Part shown: piece by piece, positions 18,880 to 28,681 of the stretch
Layout of the letters: every line of letters begins with the position of its first letter
Position numbering within the stretch: position 1 is the first letter of the stretch
NCBI GenBank assembly: GCA_001804815.1
Contig: MHBI01000011.1
Span: forward strand, 1,670-65,669
From: Lentisphaerae bacterium GWF2_50_93
Lineage (GTDB): Bacteria > Verrucomicrobiota > Lentisphaeria > Victivallales > GWF2-50-93
Length of the DNA stretch: 64,000 bases
Reading direction: 5' to 3'
Program-made: the position numbers and the translations under genes
The notes under the pieces: generated by a model
What the model saw: only the letters and a program-made list of their open reading frames with translations
What the model was told of the DNA's origin: nothing
Database searches by the model: none

Positions 18880-20940
18880 TCAGCGCAGATTCTCCTGTTT
18901 TTTGTAAATACTCATATCCTCCCTGATTTCGATTGATTTGATACCGATCACAGGTTTCTTCTTAGACCGTGTGGTGTTGATGGCTATTTCCACGATGCCG
19001 TCCTTAGTCATGTTGTTATCATAGGCAAAGGTTACCAAAGGATTCACATCCGAACAATCATGTCTTGTCAACCTGCTCTTGTTCGAATTGAGTATTAGGT
19101 ATATCTGGATTGGGTTGTATAACGATAGGCGGACTAAAATGTTTTTCTCAGAACAGGTTGTCGGCAGCTTCAACTTCAACTTGAAACTGTCGTTGGTCTC
19201 GTCATAAACAATGGGAAAACACTGGGAGATTGGATCGCTAAGGCATTTGTGCTGAAGCACTATGTTGTCCGCTGGGATTTTGGAAGGGATTGACTCTATG
19301 GCCGTAAAAAGATCTTTGTTTTCGTATAATGCCACTGGTTTTGAGTTCACCCATCTTTTTTCTTCAGAAATAATGTTGTCAATGTTAAGCCATACTGGGC
19401 TTTCATTGGAGATATGGTAACTCCCGACGATTAAGACTACAGCTTTCCCGTCTTTCATTAGGACATCGGCATTTCGCAGCAGAAGCCGCGATATCAGATT
19501 GGCGGCTCCTGGGCACTCGTAGAGCTGGGGGATGATTCCAGTCTTCAGGGAGAAGAAAGCGGAAATATTGCCAGAAGCGTATGGTGTCCCGCAGAAGCTA
19601 TTGCCGGTAAAAAGGAAAGGGGATCCTGAGACAGGATAGGTTAACCGCTGGCTATTAACGAGCACCTCTTTGAACTTTATGGGTTCGTCCTGCTTATAGC
19701 GTCCTGAGTTTTCATGCCAGCGCAGTTTATGGTGTTCCTGATCGCGGGTGGAAAACACGTTCCCTTTCTGTTGCGGCACATTATAGCGGTCTAGGCGGGA
19801 AGCGATCATCTTGGCGGCTATCTCCGCCACTCCGGTATGAGGATGACTGTCATAATAGTCATGGTAGTAGTAAAGCAACTGGTAATCAAATAGGGAATCC
19901 TTGATTGCATCAGTCAGATCAATAGTCTCTATATCGTTTTTCAACAGCTGGTCTACAATCTCCGTGAGTTGGGGAGAATGAAATTTGCGAAACTCAGGAC
20001 AGAATACTCCTGCCGATATGTCGAAGAGGTAGGGGATTGGTACGACAATCAAGTCGATGTTTCTAGCGGCCAAATATTTATTAAGCGATATCAAGGCAGG
20101 GAGGTTGTTCTCCTTCCATTTAGTCTGCGGTTCATAGAATGGGTTGTACGTCGAGTCCAAGGTGAAAAAAGAGTTGTTTTCCCAACGCATGAAGGTTTCT
20201 TTTCCGGAAAGCTTCCCAGTGGTATCCCATGCCATACTGACATAGTTTCCTTTGACTGAAAGACATTTTTTCTTCTCAGAGTCAAAGGCAACCTCGAAAT
20301 CTGCATATAGCTTTTTCCTGATCGGGGTTTCAATACGAATGATTTCTTTGATCCTGGCAATATCTTTCTCTATGGCTTCTTTTCTAGCTGCTTTTGCTTT
20401 CTCATCGGGCTCAGGGATTTTGTCGGCAACCTGTGGTGGAGGCTGAGAGAAGGTGGTTGGCATCTCTTGGCTATAGATATTAATTATCTCTGATTTGACG
20501 ATAAAATATACTGGAAGATCGATTTCATCGATGTCGTCAGATTGCTGTATGGAACGTTTTCCCTGTGGCAAGGACATGAAGGGTATAATCTCAAGCTTTA
20601 GACGGTCTCCCTGTCGGAATTTTGATTCTGCTTGAAGTTTGCGTTTAAAGAAACACGGAAACACGGCAATAAATTTCTGTGGAACAGCATTGGAAAGAGA
20701 GTTGTGGCTATCAAATATGGAGGTATAATAACAATCCGAGTAATCAGACTTAAGGGGATCGGGGATTTTTGAGCATTTACCCAATTGACCTTCGACAACT
20801 ATAATTTTTGACTTGTCGTAGTCCTTATATCCGATTTGTGGCGAAGAACAGCCTAGCAAGTACGCCAGACCCAGGAAGGTGTATGGTCTTATGAGCTTAT
20901 TTAAATTTCGCAGTGTTAGCGCGGGTAAGTTTAGTTTCAT
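18880..20940 (-). CDS. Lipoprotein with a divergent AlgX/AlgJ-like domain
   Basis: Lipobox LLGCSS. NIDLIVVPIPYLFD and YYDSHPHTGVAEIAAKMIA parallel the KLxxxPxP and D-x-H-W regions of the two paralogs, but Trp is replaced. Confidence 0.45.
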   Translation of the reverse strand: MKLNLPALTLRNLNKLIRPYTFLGLAYLLGCSSPQIGYKDYDKSKIIVVEGQLGKCSKIPDPLKSDYSDCYYTSIFDSHNSLSNAVPQKFIAVFPCFFKRKLQAESKFRQGDRLKLEIIPFMSLPQGKRSIQQSDDIDEIDLPVYFIVKSEIINIYSQEMPTTFSQPPPQVADKIPEPDEKAKAARKEAIEKDIARIKEIIRIETPIRKKLYADFEVAFDSEKKKCLSVKGNYVSMAWDTTGKLSGKETFMRWENNSFFTLDSTYNPFYEPQTKWKENNLPALISLNKYLAARNIDLIVVPIPYLFDISAGVFCPEFRKFHSPQLTEIVDQLLKNDIETIDLTDAIKDSLFDYQLLYYYHDYYDSHPHTGVAEIAAKMIASRLDRYNVPQQKGNVFSTRDQEHHKLRWHENSGRYKQDEPIKFKEVLVNSQRLTYPVSGSPFLFTGNSFCGTPYASGNISAFFSLKTGIIPQLYECPGAANLISRLLLRNADVLMKDGKAVVLIVGSYHISNESPVWLNIDNIISEEKRWVNSKPVALYENKDLFTAIESIPSKIPADNIVLQHKCLSDPISQCFPIVYDETNDSFKLKLKLPTTCSEKNILVRLSLYNPIQIYLILNSNKSRLTRHDCSDVNPLVTFAYDNNMTKDGIVEIAINTTRSKKKPVIGIKSIEIREDMSIYKKQENLR

Positions 20941-21116
20941 TTTAAATTGTCCTCTGAAAATATTGGATGTGTTTTAACAATCTTGAATTCAAAGCCGAAG
21001 CTGAAAAGTCATCTGATGGGCAGAACGGTAGTTCAGACGTTTGTCAAAATCTGTTCGTTTGCAAATTGATTCTTTCTCTGGCTTATTGTTTCTTTTCACT
21101 CAGTCATCGAACTGCC

Positions 21117-21845
21117 TCAAGATATGGGGTTTTTTGACCTGTGGACAAAGGAATATTCTTCTCCCGAGCTGGAAACGGAAAACAGCAAATATCCCATTCC
21201 TTTAAGTTTCGCAATGGCGTCTTTTGTTTTCTGTATTCCGATTCCCGGGAAGCGATGATGGAACTCAACTAAGATCTGCTGGGGGAATACGCCAGATGCA
21301 GAGAGATTGTCAATAACAGCATATTCTCCTCCTTCTATATCCATCTTCAGGATATCTATATAAGAATGTCTAAGATCTTTCATTATGCTTGCTAGGGACT
21401 TAACTTTAAGCACAACTTTTTCAGCCTCTGTGTCAGGACGCTCCAGGATTGAATACGATACATGGTTTTTGTTTTTAGGTGGGAAGAATGCCATTTCCCC
21501 ATCACATACGCCAAGCCCATATTCATGGACAATAAATTCATGAGGGAAATTTTGCTTCTCAACCCAGCGCATCGCTCTGGGAGTCGGATCAAAGGCATGG
21601 ACCATACACCCGTATTCTTCAATCAAGCCAATGTCGAAGGATGCGTCTTCACCGATGCCAAATGAATAGATTACAGAATTCCGGCTCACCGATCCTTCGA
21701 CAATATTCCATCCGCCATATTCCGTCCCGAACCTTCGCATGGCACAGGCTCGATCCGGACTGATGGAAAAGTCCTTTCCAATTGCCGTCCAGACAATTCG
21801 CCGTACCCTCCTGAAAACTTTTAACAGTATTTTTTTCATGGACAT
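21117..21845 (-). CDS. FkbM family methyltransferase
   Basis: FGIGEDASFD, HAFDPTP and LKMDIEGGEYAVI motifs are present. The start at MSMKKIL has AGGGAG upstream. The maximal ORF (to 21986) would overlap the upstream GT. Confidence 0.75.
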   Translation of the reverse strand: MSMKKILLKVFRRVRRIVWTAIGKDFSISPDRACAMRRFGTEYGGWNIVEGSVSRNSVIYSFGIGEDASFDIGLIEEYGCMVHAFDPTPRAMRWVEKQNFPHEFIVHEYGLGVCDGEMAFFPPKNKNHVSYSILERPDTEAEKVVLKVKSLASIMKDLRHSYIDILKMDIEGGEYAVIDNLSASGVFPQQILVEFHHRFPGIGIQKTKDAIAKLKGMGYLLFSVSSSGEEYSFVHRSKNPIS

Positions 21846-21930
21846 CCTACTCCCTGAAGGAAACTCTTCACGCATGATTGAATGGGGAACAATGCTTAAT
21901 CCAGTATTTCCATTTCCGACAACACCGTGA

Positions 21931-23076
21931 TCATTTGAGTTGAACCAATGTTTCAATATGTACTGTGAGTTCCACAGCGATCTCATCCCAGGAGCGGAAA
22001 AGGGAGATTAAGCGTTTCTTTCCTGATTCGGTCAGTTTTTTCCTCAATTCTCCATTCTCTTGCAATCTCAATATCTCCGACTTTATACTTTCAGCATTCC
22101 AGGGATCGAAATATATGGCCGCATCCCCGCAGACATCATGGGCGAAATCCAGATCGCTGGTTATTATTGGCCTGCCAAAGCGCATTGCCTCTAGGTATGT
22201 TCCACTAAATGACTCCAGCAGGGTCGGAAGGAACAGGGCGTCGCAGTTCTGATAGTAAGCCGCCAGCTCCGTCTGGGGCAGGGGGCCGACGTTGATGACG
22301 CAGTCCTCCAGGCCTCTCCTCTTGATATCGAGGAGGAGCCGGGCCGCCAAAGGATGTTGATCTGCAGTGATGGTCAGGATTACCACTGTATTCTCTAGCT
22401 CATCACGGAACCGGGAAAACATTTCCGTGATAATTTCCAGATTCTTATGAGTATAATATCGTGTCAGGCAAAAGAGTTTGCGTTTATCTTTAAATGGAAG
22501 CAGTGCCTGGGGCATTTCTGTTTTTCCGGAAGTATTTTCGACAGCCTGTGAAACGGCGTTTGGACAGATTGCCAATGCCCCAGTATAACCCAATGAATCT
22601 CTTGCTCTGGCTGCAGCAGTCTCTGTCTGGAACAGCATCAGTGCGGCACGGCGCGACTCCCGGACCAAAGCCCATTTATTATACCGTTTGACAGCCTTGT
22701 TAAACCAGGTCTCGTTTGCGTAATGTTTTTCCGGATAGAACAGATGCGGATCATGGCAGAGGATGACGATTGGGCATCGGTCATAACGAACGCCTCGGTT
22801 TCCAAGACACAGCACAAGGTCGGGATGGAAATCGGAGATCATTCTAGGAAGCTGAAATGTGTCAAAACACCAACGTCCCAAAGTTCCGCCTTTCCTGTCA
22901 TAATAGAATTTTCTGGTGGATGGCAGACAGGTAATGGCCTCGTAACCGACACCACTGGGCATGGTGAGGAGATATTCATTCCCCGGCCTGACTTTCTGCA
23001 ATGACGAGATTAGGTTCGTTCCGACGGAAATTCCACCGCCACCCCTGAGCGCATGTGCGATTACGGCAATCCTCAT
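21931..23076 (-). CDS. Glycosyltransferase family 1/4 (GT-B)
   Basis: The C-terminal EAMRFGRPIITSDLDFAHDVCGDAAIYFDP is typical of the E-x7-E region. There is a 4-nt overlap with the upstream gene. Confidence 0.75.
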   Translation of the reverse strand: MRIAVIAHALRGGGGISVGTNLISSLQKVRPGNEYLLTMPSGVGYEAITCLPSTRKFYYDRKGGTLGRWCFDTFQLPRMISDFHPDLVLCLGNRGVRYDRCPIVILCHDPHLFYPEKHYANETWFNKAVKRYNKWALVRESRRAALMLFQTETAAARARDSLGYTGALAICPNAVSQAVENTSGKTEMPQALLPFKDKRKLFCLTRYYTHKNLEIITEMFSRFRDELENTVVILTITADQHPLAARLLLDIKRRGLEDCVINVGPLPQTELAAYYQNCDALFLPTLLESFSGTYLEAMRFGRPIITSDLDFAHDVCGDAAIYFDPWNAESIKSEILRLQENGELRKKLTESGKKRLISLFRSWDEIAVELTVHIETLVQLK

Positions 23077-24239
23077 TTTCCCGTTTCCTCGGCTGGGAGC
23101 CGGTTACGCAGTGTTCTTTCGATGCAACGGCAAACCTGGGCAACCATGTTCTCAGATGAGTACCGGTTTAGGATCATTTCCTGCCCTTCCTTTCCCATTC
23201 TCCTGGCAGTATCTGGTGAATCGAGCAGGGATTTGATCGCTCTTGCAATGTCATCAGCATCACCTGCGGGCAGGCGAATTCCTGTCTTGCCATCGATAAC
23301 CAGGTCATATTCGGTTCCGTCTGCCTGGAAGACTATTACCGGTAACCCATACGCCATCGCCTCCGAAATTACCATGCCACCGCGTCCGGGTAAAATTAGA
23401 ACATCTCCGCTTTTATAATACAGAGGTAGCTTTGATGACTCAATCTTGCCGGTGAACGCGACATTGGTAAGAGACAATTCCCTGGACATCTGCTGCAAAT
23501 TATCAATATGATGGCCGTCACCGATAATGATGAAGGAACACTCCGCCATGGCGGATGTTTGAGCGGCGGCGAGTAGCTGTTCCAGTCGTTTGTTGGGTTC
23601 CACTGTTCCAACATAGAGGACGGTGAATCGTTCTGGCAGGCCCAAACGATGCCGCGCCTCGGACGGGGAGTCGGGAATCGCCGCCGCGCGATCCAGGTGG
23701 GATGTTGTGTCGGACACGTTCACAGCCACGTACATCTTGTCAACTGGGACGCCTTCCTGAAGCAGGGCATCCCTTCCAAAACTTGAGTATAGAAGGAATC
23801 CATCTACTCCAGACCGCAGTTGCCGGTTGATGATTGATTTCGAGTTGAACCTAGAGGGTTCTATCCTTCCTGGTAACCCTCCCAGTGACCATTGGATTAA
23901 AACTGCTTCAGGATGGCGTCGCCGATAATATTTAGCCTGGAGAAAACTCAGAAGATTGCTGTTCCCCTCGCACAACAGCACATCGGGTTTAAAGCGTTCC
24001 AGTTCTTTAAGAAGGCCATGGTGCCAAAGCAACGCCCACTGTCCCACCTTAAACTGTGAGGTGGATAGCTTCACAAGATCGATACCCTCTAAGTCCTTTG
24101 TATTTTTAACCTTGCTATTTGCAACATCATCCCCTATAAAAACCTTGACTTGATACTGATCAAGCGCAGAAAGGTCTGCGAACAATATTTTCCGGTAGCT
24201 TGTGCAGACTCGCTGAAGAATGGCGACTTTGATTTTCAT
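23073..24239 (-). CDS. Glycosyltransferase family 1/4 (GT-B)
   Basis: SEAMAYGLPVIVFQADGTEYDLVIDGKTG. The start is chosen at MKIKVAILQ; the ORF extends to 24293. Confidence 0.75.
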   Translation of the reverse strand: MKIKVAILQRVCTSYRKILFADLSALDQYQVKVFIGDDVANSKVKNTKDLEGIDLVKLSTSQFKVGQWALLWHHGLLKELERFKPDVLLCEGNSNLLSFLQAKYYRRRHPEAVLIQWSLGGLPGRIEPSRFNSKSIINRQLRSGVDGFLLYSSFGRDALLQEGVPVDKMYVAVNVSDTTSHLDRAAAIPDSPSEARHRLGLPERFTVLYVGTVEPNKRLEQLLAAAQTSAMAECSFIIIGDGHHIDNLQQMSRELSLTNVAFTGKIESSKLPLYYKSGDVLILPGRGGMVISEAMAYGLPVIVFQADGTEYDLVIDGKTGIRLPAGDADDIARAIKSLLDSPDTARRMGKEGQEMILNRYSSENMVAQVCRCIERTLRNRLPAEETGK

Positions 24240-24271
24240 ATTAATTTCTAGGATTTGCAAGTGCCTGGTGG

Positions 24272-25168
24272 TCACACTGGAATGCCACGGCATATGAATT
24301 TCGGAGCGGAAGACACTCTTTCTCGTGCAAGGTCTATGTTCTTGATATAAATTGTGTTCTGGGCCTTGAGGTTCTTACGTTCCAGAAGGGAGAGCTCCCT
24401 GCTTATAGGATCATAAATATAGGGGCGGTACTTGAGATCGTAGAGCATGTCGATGATCGCAGACTCGTCGAACCCGTAGCGGCGACCGTGACCTGCTAAT
24501 TCAACAATTATCGAATTAAGAGATTCCTTGTGCAACAGATTTTGCGCTCCGCGCAAAACCAATGTTTCATATCCTTCGACATCAACTTTCAGCAATTCCG
24601 GATTCTCGGCCTCCAGGATCTTGTCGAGACTTACAATGGTGACAAGAGCGGTCTTTTCGGATAAAACATTCTCGTTGTCGGCAAGCACGTGATTGATTGT
24701 GTTTGTTTGGTTGGTGAAACGCACAGATTTATTTTCATCGCCAACACCGACATTCATGCATTTGACACGACTGTCTAGACGGTTGAGATGGATGTTGGTC
24801 TCCAATCGGTCGAATGTTGATTTTATAGGTTCGAAGCAATAAGCTTTCGCACCAACAGCCCCTGCGGCCAGGAGGGTGTAGGATCCTACATTGGCACCGA
24901 CATCAATGAAAAGCTCGTCCCGTCTTAGGGCATGCAGGGTGTATCCCATGCCTTCATAGTCGTACAGACCACAATATACATTGCCAGTCATCCCAGTTTC
25001 TCCGCGGAATACAACGAACTTCACATCGTTGACCCAATGATATATCACTTCCCCCGGAACCAGCCTGCTGCTCAGCTGCCATTTGAAAAAATCCTTTACA
25101 GCCGCACACTTACGGTGACGGTTCAAAGGGTGTGAAGTTATGAACTTGAGAATATCAAGAATGACCAT
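24272..25168 (-). CDS. FkbM family methyltransferase
   Basis: IDVGANVGSYTLLAA, CFEPIKSTFDRL and LLKVDVEGYETLVLRGA. Confidence 0.75.
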   Translation of the reverse strand: MVILDILKFITSHPLNRHRKCAAVKDFFKWQLSSRLVPGEVIYHWVNDVKFVVFRGETGMTGNVYCGLYDYEGMGYTLHALRRDELFIDVGANVGSYTLLAAGAVGAKAYCFEPIKSTFDRLETNIHLNRLDSRVKCMNVGVGDENKSVRFTNQTNTINHVLADNENVLSEKTALVTIVSLDKILEAENPELLKVDVEGYETLVLRGAQNLLHKESLNSIIVELAGHGRRYGFDESAIIDMLYDLKYRPYIYDPISRELSLLERKNLKAQNTIYIKNIDLARERVSSAPKFICRGIPV

Positions 25169-25263
25169 TAATGGTTTCTCCTCTGCTAGTTAAGTTGCTT
25201 GCTCTTTTTACGAAACGGAAAACAGTTCGGGTGCGAAAACAGGAAAACTAATGCAGGGTGGCA

Positions 25264-25881
25264 TCATTGCTGCTTGAAAAAAAACGAGGTGTCGAATACC
25301 CCATTGCTAGTGTGGTACCGGCGCCAGCTATGGACTGAAGCCTGGAACACCTGCCAGGCAGGCTCCATGTCCGAAAGCTTCCTCAACGGCGACGGCGTTG
25401 AGGTGGGGTGATAGAAATAAAGATCCGAGTTGTCGAGAATCAACAGTCCGCCGGGTTTGATTTTCCTGAGAGCCACTTCCGCACACTCAACCCGGTATCT
25501 CCCATCAACCAATACAAAATCCAGGGAGTTGTCTGCGAAGCGCTCCAATACCGCGGGATAGTCAGGCTCTCCATTGGTTTTATTGTCGAGGGAGACGTGA
25601 AGATATTCGACGTTATTCAGTTGATTTATTTTCTCCTTGACGATAGCATGCCATCCCGGGTCATGTTCGATGCTGGTAAGTTGAGCAATCCTAGCCGCGA
25701 ACCACATAGTGCTCCGGCCAGAGCCGAACTCCACGCCTACATCTGACTTTTTCAGCCAATTGTCCAGGAAAGCTATCCCATCGGCAGTTAACCAAGGTGC
25801 ATCCGGATTTTGGCGTTGCCACCATAGAAGCTTGAGTTTGTCGATCAAGTATTTCCGATTCCAGTGTTTCTTCCAAATCAT
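25264..25881 (-). CDS. Class I SAM-dependent methyltransferase (Methyltransf_24-like)
   Basis: GVEFGSGRSTMWFA, DFVLVDGRYR and GGLLILDN. Confidence 0.65.
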   Translation of the reverse strand: MIWKKHWNRKYLIDKLKLLWWQRQNPDAPWLTADGIAFLDNWLKKSDVGVEFGSGRSTMWFAARIAQLTSIEHDPGWHAIVKEKINQLNNVEYLHVSLDNKTNGEPDYPAVLERFADNSLDFVLVDGRYRVECAEVALRKIKPGGLLILDNSDLYFYHPTSTPSPLRKLSDMEPAWQVFQASVHSWRRYHTSNGVFDTSFFFKQQ

Positions 25882-25932
25882 AATCAGCCTTGTTTATATA
25901 AATTAGTTTGCGTTCATCCGAGTTAGCACGGG

Positions 25933-26943
25933 TTATTTCTTAATCATCTTTTGGAAAACCTTCAGATATTCTTCAGCCATGTTTTCTAGCCCGAATCGTT
26001 GTTCAGCTGTTTTTCTGGCCATGATGGAATAATTTAGCCAATTATGAGAAATTTTCTCAAATGCAAGAACTAGGGCACCTATATCAGGAAATTCCAAAAG
26101 CCAAGGGTCAGAGCCGTATGGAACAACTTCGCCAGCACCAGAAGGCACCAATTCTTTTAGAGCTCCAGTGTCAAATCCTATGACAGGAATACCACTGGCA
26201 AGAGCTTCAATGACGGTGTTTGGACATGCAGCATTGACATCCAAAGATAGGAAAACTCCGTCGCGGTATACTTCGGGCATGTTATTCCGTGGTACTCTAC
26301 CTCGAAATTCGATACCTCGAGTTAATCTGTCGGCATTGCCCTTGTCTATGAAGTCGCCGTAGAGGATGATGCCTCCATAATTTGATTTTCCTTCCATTCT
26401 TTCCGCTAAAGTATTGAGCAAGGCTACTGCGTATGGAGAATAATCAATTACACCTTCAACGCAGATGATCTTAAGTGGCGCATCTGACATCATTTTCGCC
26501 GGATAAAAAAGTGACAGGTCAACTGCGTTGTAAATAATCCGTTCACACGCCACAGTGTTACCGCCTTTTTGCCGCCATATCTTCTCCACGAAATCACTTT
26601 GGTAGACGACCTCGTCCGCCAAGCTGTTTCTAATAATCCGCATAAGAAAGTTGGCAATCTCGGCATATGAAAACGCCTTGATACCCTTTCGCTGGCGGTG
26701 CATCCAATTCAATCCGGCCAGCCGATGGACAATGGGTACCCCTTTATGTCTATTGTACCAAAGCCACCAAAGTTTACGCGTTCCACCGACCACTAGGATC
26801 ACGTCGGGGGTGATATCGGAATTGGGATAAACCACCGTCCAGCCCCTCTCTTTCACGGCTTTTTCCAAACGTATTTGGAAACTGCCAGGTCCCCCATTTG
26901 CGGGAGGATGCGGGAAACCAATTATTATATCTTTGCTTGTCAC
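25933..26943 (-). CDS. Glycosyltransferase family 1/4 (GT-B)
   Basis: CPNTVIEALASGIPVIGFDTGALKELV. The stop overlaps the upstream gene start. Confidence 0.7.
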   Translation of the reverse strand: MTSKDIIIGFPHPPANGGPGSFQIRLEKAVKERGWTVVYPNSDITPDVILVVGGTRKLWWLWYNRHKGVPIVHRLAGLNWMHRQRKGIKAFSYAEIANFLMRIIRNSLADEVVYQSDFVEKIWRQKGGNTVACERIIYNAVDLSLFYPAKMMSDAPLKIICVEGVIDYSPYAVALLNTLAERMEGKSNYGGIILYGDFIDKGNADRLTRGIEFRGRVPRNNMPEVYRDGVFLSLDVNAACPNTVIEALASGIPVIGFDTGALKELVPSGAGEVVPYGSDPWLLEFPDIGALVLAFEKISHNWLNYSIMARKTAEQRFGLENMAEEYLKVFQKMIKK

Positions 26944-27530
26944 TAGATTTTATCTTCATAGTCAGTACGGTTAATATAATCTTTGGAGCCATTGAATGAA
27001 ATAACCTTGCCAGGAACTCCAACCACTACAGCATTATCGGGGATGTCTTTAGTAACCACGCAATTTGCTCCTATGGCGACATTGTTCCCTATCTTTATTC
27101 CACCGACAATTTTTGCACCGGGACCAATATATACATAATTCCCGAGGGAGGGGAAGCCTGGATGTTTGCCTCTATTGGATTTCCCCAATGTTACCCCATG
27201 AGAAATGTTGCAATTCTTACCTATTTTTGAATTGCCACTCACTACTATCCCCCCGAAGTGGCCAATAAAGAAACCACTGTCGATCTCAGTGCGATATGGG
27301 ATGGAGATGCCTAATTTATAGACATAATGCCGTAAAATAAGACGAAGCAGTGGATATAGTAGTAACTTTAACACAGTGCCGTTGCTGGAATATCGGCAGG
27401 TTCGCATCCAGAAATTGTATTTATAGGATTCTCCGAACAATACATGCCTCAAGAGGGTTGCCAGTCGGGTATTGCCAGCAACCCGGTACAGATCTGAGAG
27501 TAAAAAGTACTTGTATTCTTTGAACGTCAT
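26943..27530 (-). CDS. Hexapeptide-repeat O-acetyltransferase (serine acetyltransferase/WcaB-like)
   Basis: Left-handed beta-helix repeats: GIVVSGNSKIGKNCNISHGVTLG...IGPGAKIVGGIKIGNNVAIGANCVVTKDIP. Confidence 0.75.
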   Translation of the reverse strand: MTFKEYKYFLLSDLYRVAGNTRLATLLRHVLFGESYKYNFWMRTCRYSSNGTVLKLLLYPLLRLILRHYVYKLGISIPYRTEIDSGFFIGHFGGIVVSGNSKIGKNCNISHGVTLGKSNRGKHPGFPSLGNYVYIGPGAKIVGGIKIGNNVAIGANCVVTKDIPDNAVVVGVPGKVISFNGSKDYINRTDYEDKI

Positions 27531-28681
27531 CTTTTTTTCCTCCTAATCTGTTCCTCAATGAAATTGAGGATGTTATTGGCACGGTTATCCCATGAAAGAC
27601 CTTCAGCCCTTTTGAAGGCATTGTCGGCTAATGTTCTGGCAAACCCCGGAGATTCTTTGAGTTTCCGCAAAGCGGCAACAAAAGCATCAGGATCGTCCTT
27701 TCGGAAATATAGGCAGTCCCGACCTGGCTCCAAAACTTCCCGGAAGACAGGGAAATCGGAGAGCACGATTGGTTTCCGCATGGCCATGTATTCCGGTATT
27801 TTCAGGGATGAGCAGAATTCGATGGTTGGTGTATCGCTTCGATACGGCGACATCAGGACATCCGCCATTCGCAGATATTTGGGTATATCTACATGGTCTA
27901 TAAACCCCATGACTTTCAAATTTCCCAACTCATCTATTTCTCTCCTGTACTTTATAAAGTCCTCAGATTTTGCCCCGATCATCAGAAATTTCATGTCAGG
28001 CAAATTTCCGGCGGCATAAAAGATATCCTTAATGCCCCTGCAGTCTTCAAACTTTCCTGTGTAAACGGCGAGATAATCATCAGCTTTGTATCCGGCATCA
28101 AGTTTTAAAGCTGTTGGGTCATAGGAGTCAGCCGTTTTAAATAAATCCAGTTCGGCGGCATCATGTGCAACCAATATCTTTTCCTTATGAACTCCGCCTT
28201 TATCGACCAGCATCTTTTCCAAGGCGTGAGAAATAGTGATAATTCCACCGAAACTCCGCCATCCAAACAATCTTTTGACTATAGGCCAGAAATTGCTGTT
28301 GATCGAAGTACCGAGGTCATGTATTTCCCAGAATGACGGCATGCCTAGCAGTATACTCCAGAAAAACGTATAGCCGTCGCGTGTACAAAGGACGTTTTTT
28401 CTTTTTCTTTTTAAGGCCGACACTGCTTTGAGTTGATAAATGCAACGACCGGAAACTACTTTCCCTGGAGTTATGGCGATGATGTCATTGAATTCCCGTA
28501 AGTGGTATTTCGCAGCGATCTCTTCGCGGGTTGTAAGAATATCCGGGACTGTCAGGGTTGTGTGACATCCAGCGTGTGTGAAAGCCTCGCACATCTGCAA
28601 GATCTGCAGGCAATTTGCATTTTTTCTGGGGAATGAGGCATGTCCGACATATCCCAGAGACAATTGATGCCTGTCGTTCAT
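27527..28681 (-). CDS. Glycosyltransferase family 1/4 (GT-B)
   Basis: GT-B C-terminal half (IPEYMAMRKPIVLSDFPVFREVLEPGRD). ATGA-type overlap with the downstream gene. Confidence 0.7.
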   Translation of the reverse strand: MNDRHQLSLGYVGHASFPRKNANCLQILQMCEAFTHAGCHTTLTVPDILTTREEIAAKYHLREFNDIIAITPGKVVSGRCIYQLKAVSALKRKRKNVLCTRDGYTFFWSILLGMPSFWEIHDLGTSINSNFWPIVKRLFGWRSFGGIITISHALEKMLVDKGGVHKEKILVAHDAAELDLFKTADSYDPTALKLDAGYKADDYLAVYTGKFEDCRGIKDIFYAAGNLPDMKFLMIGAKSEDFIKYRREIDELGNLKVMGFIDHVDIPKYLRMADVLMSPYRSDTPTIEFCSSLKIPEYMAMRKPIVLSDFPVFREVLEPGRDCLYFRKDDPDAFVAALRKLKESPGFARTLADNAFKRAEGLSWDNRANNILNFIEEQIRRKKR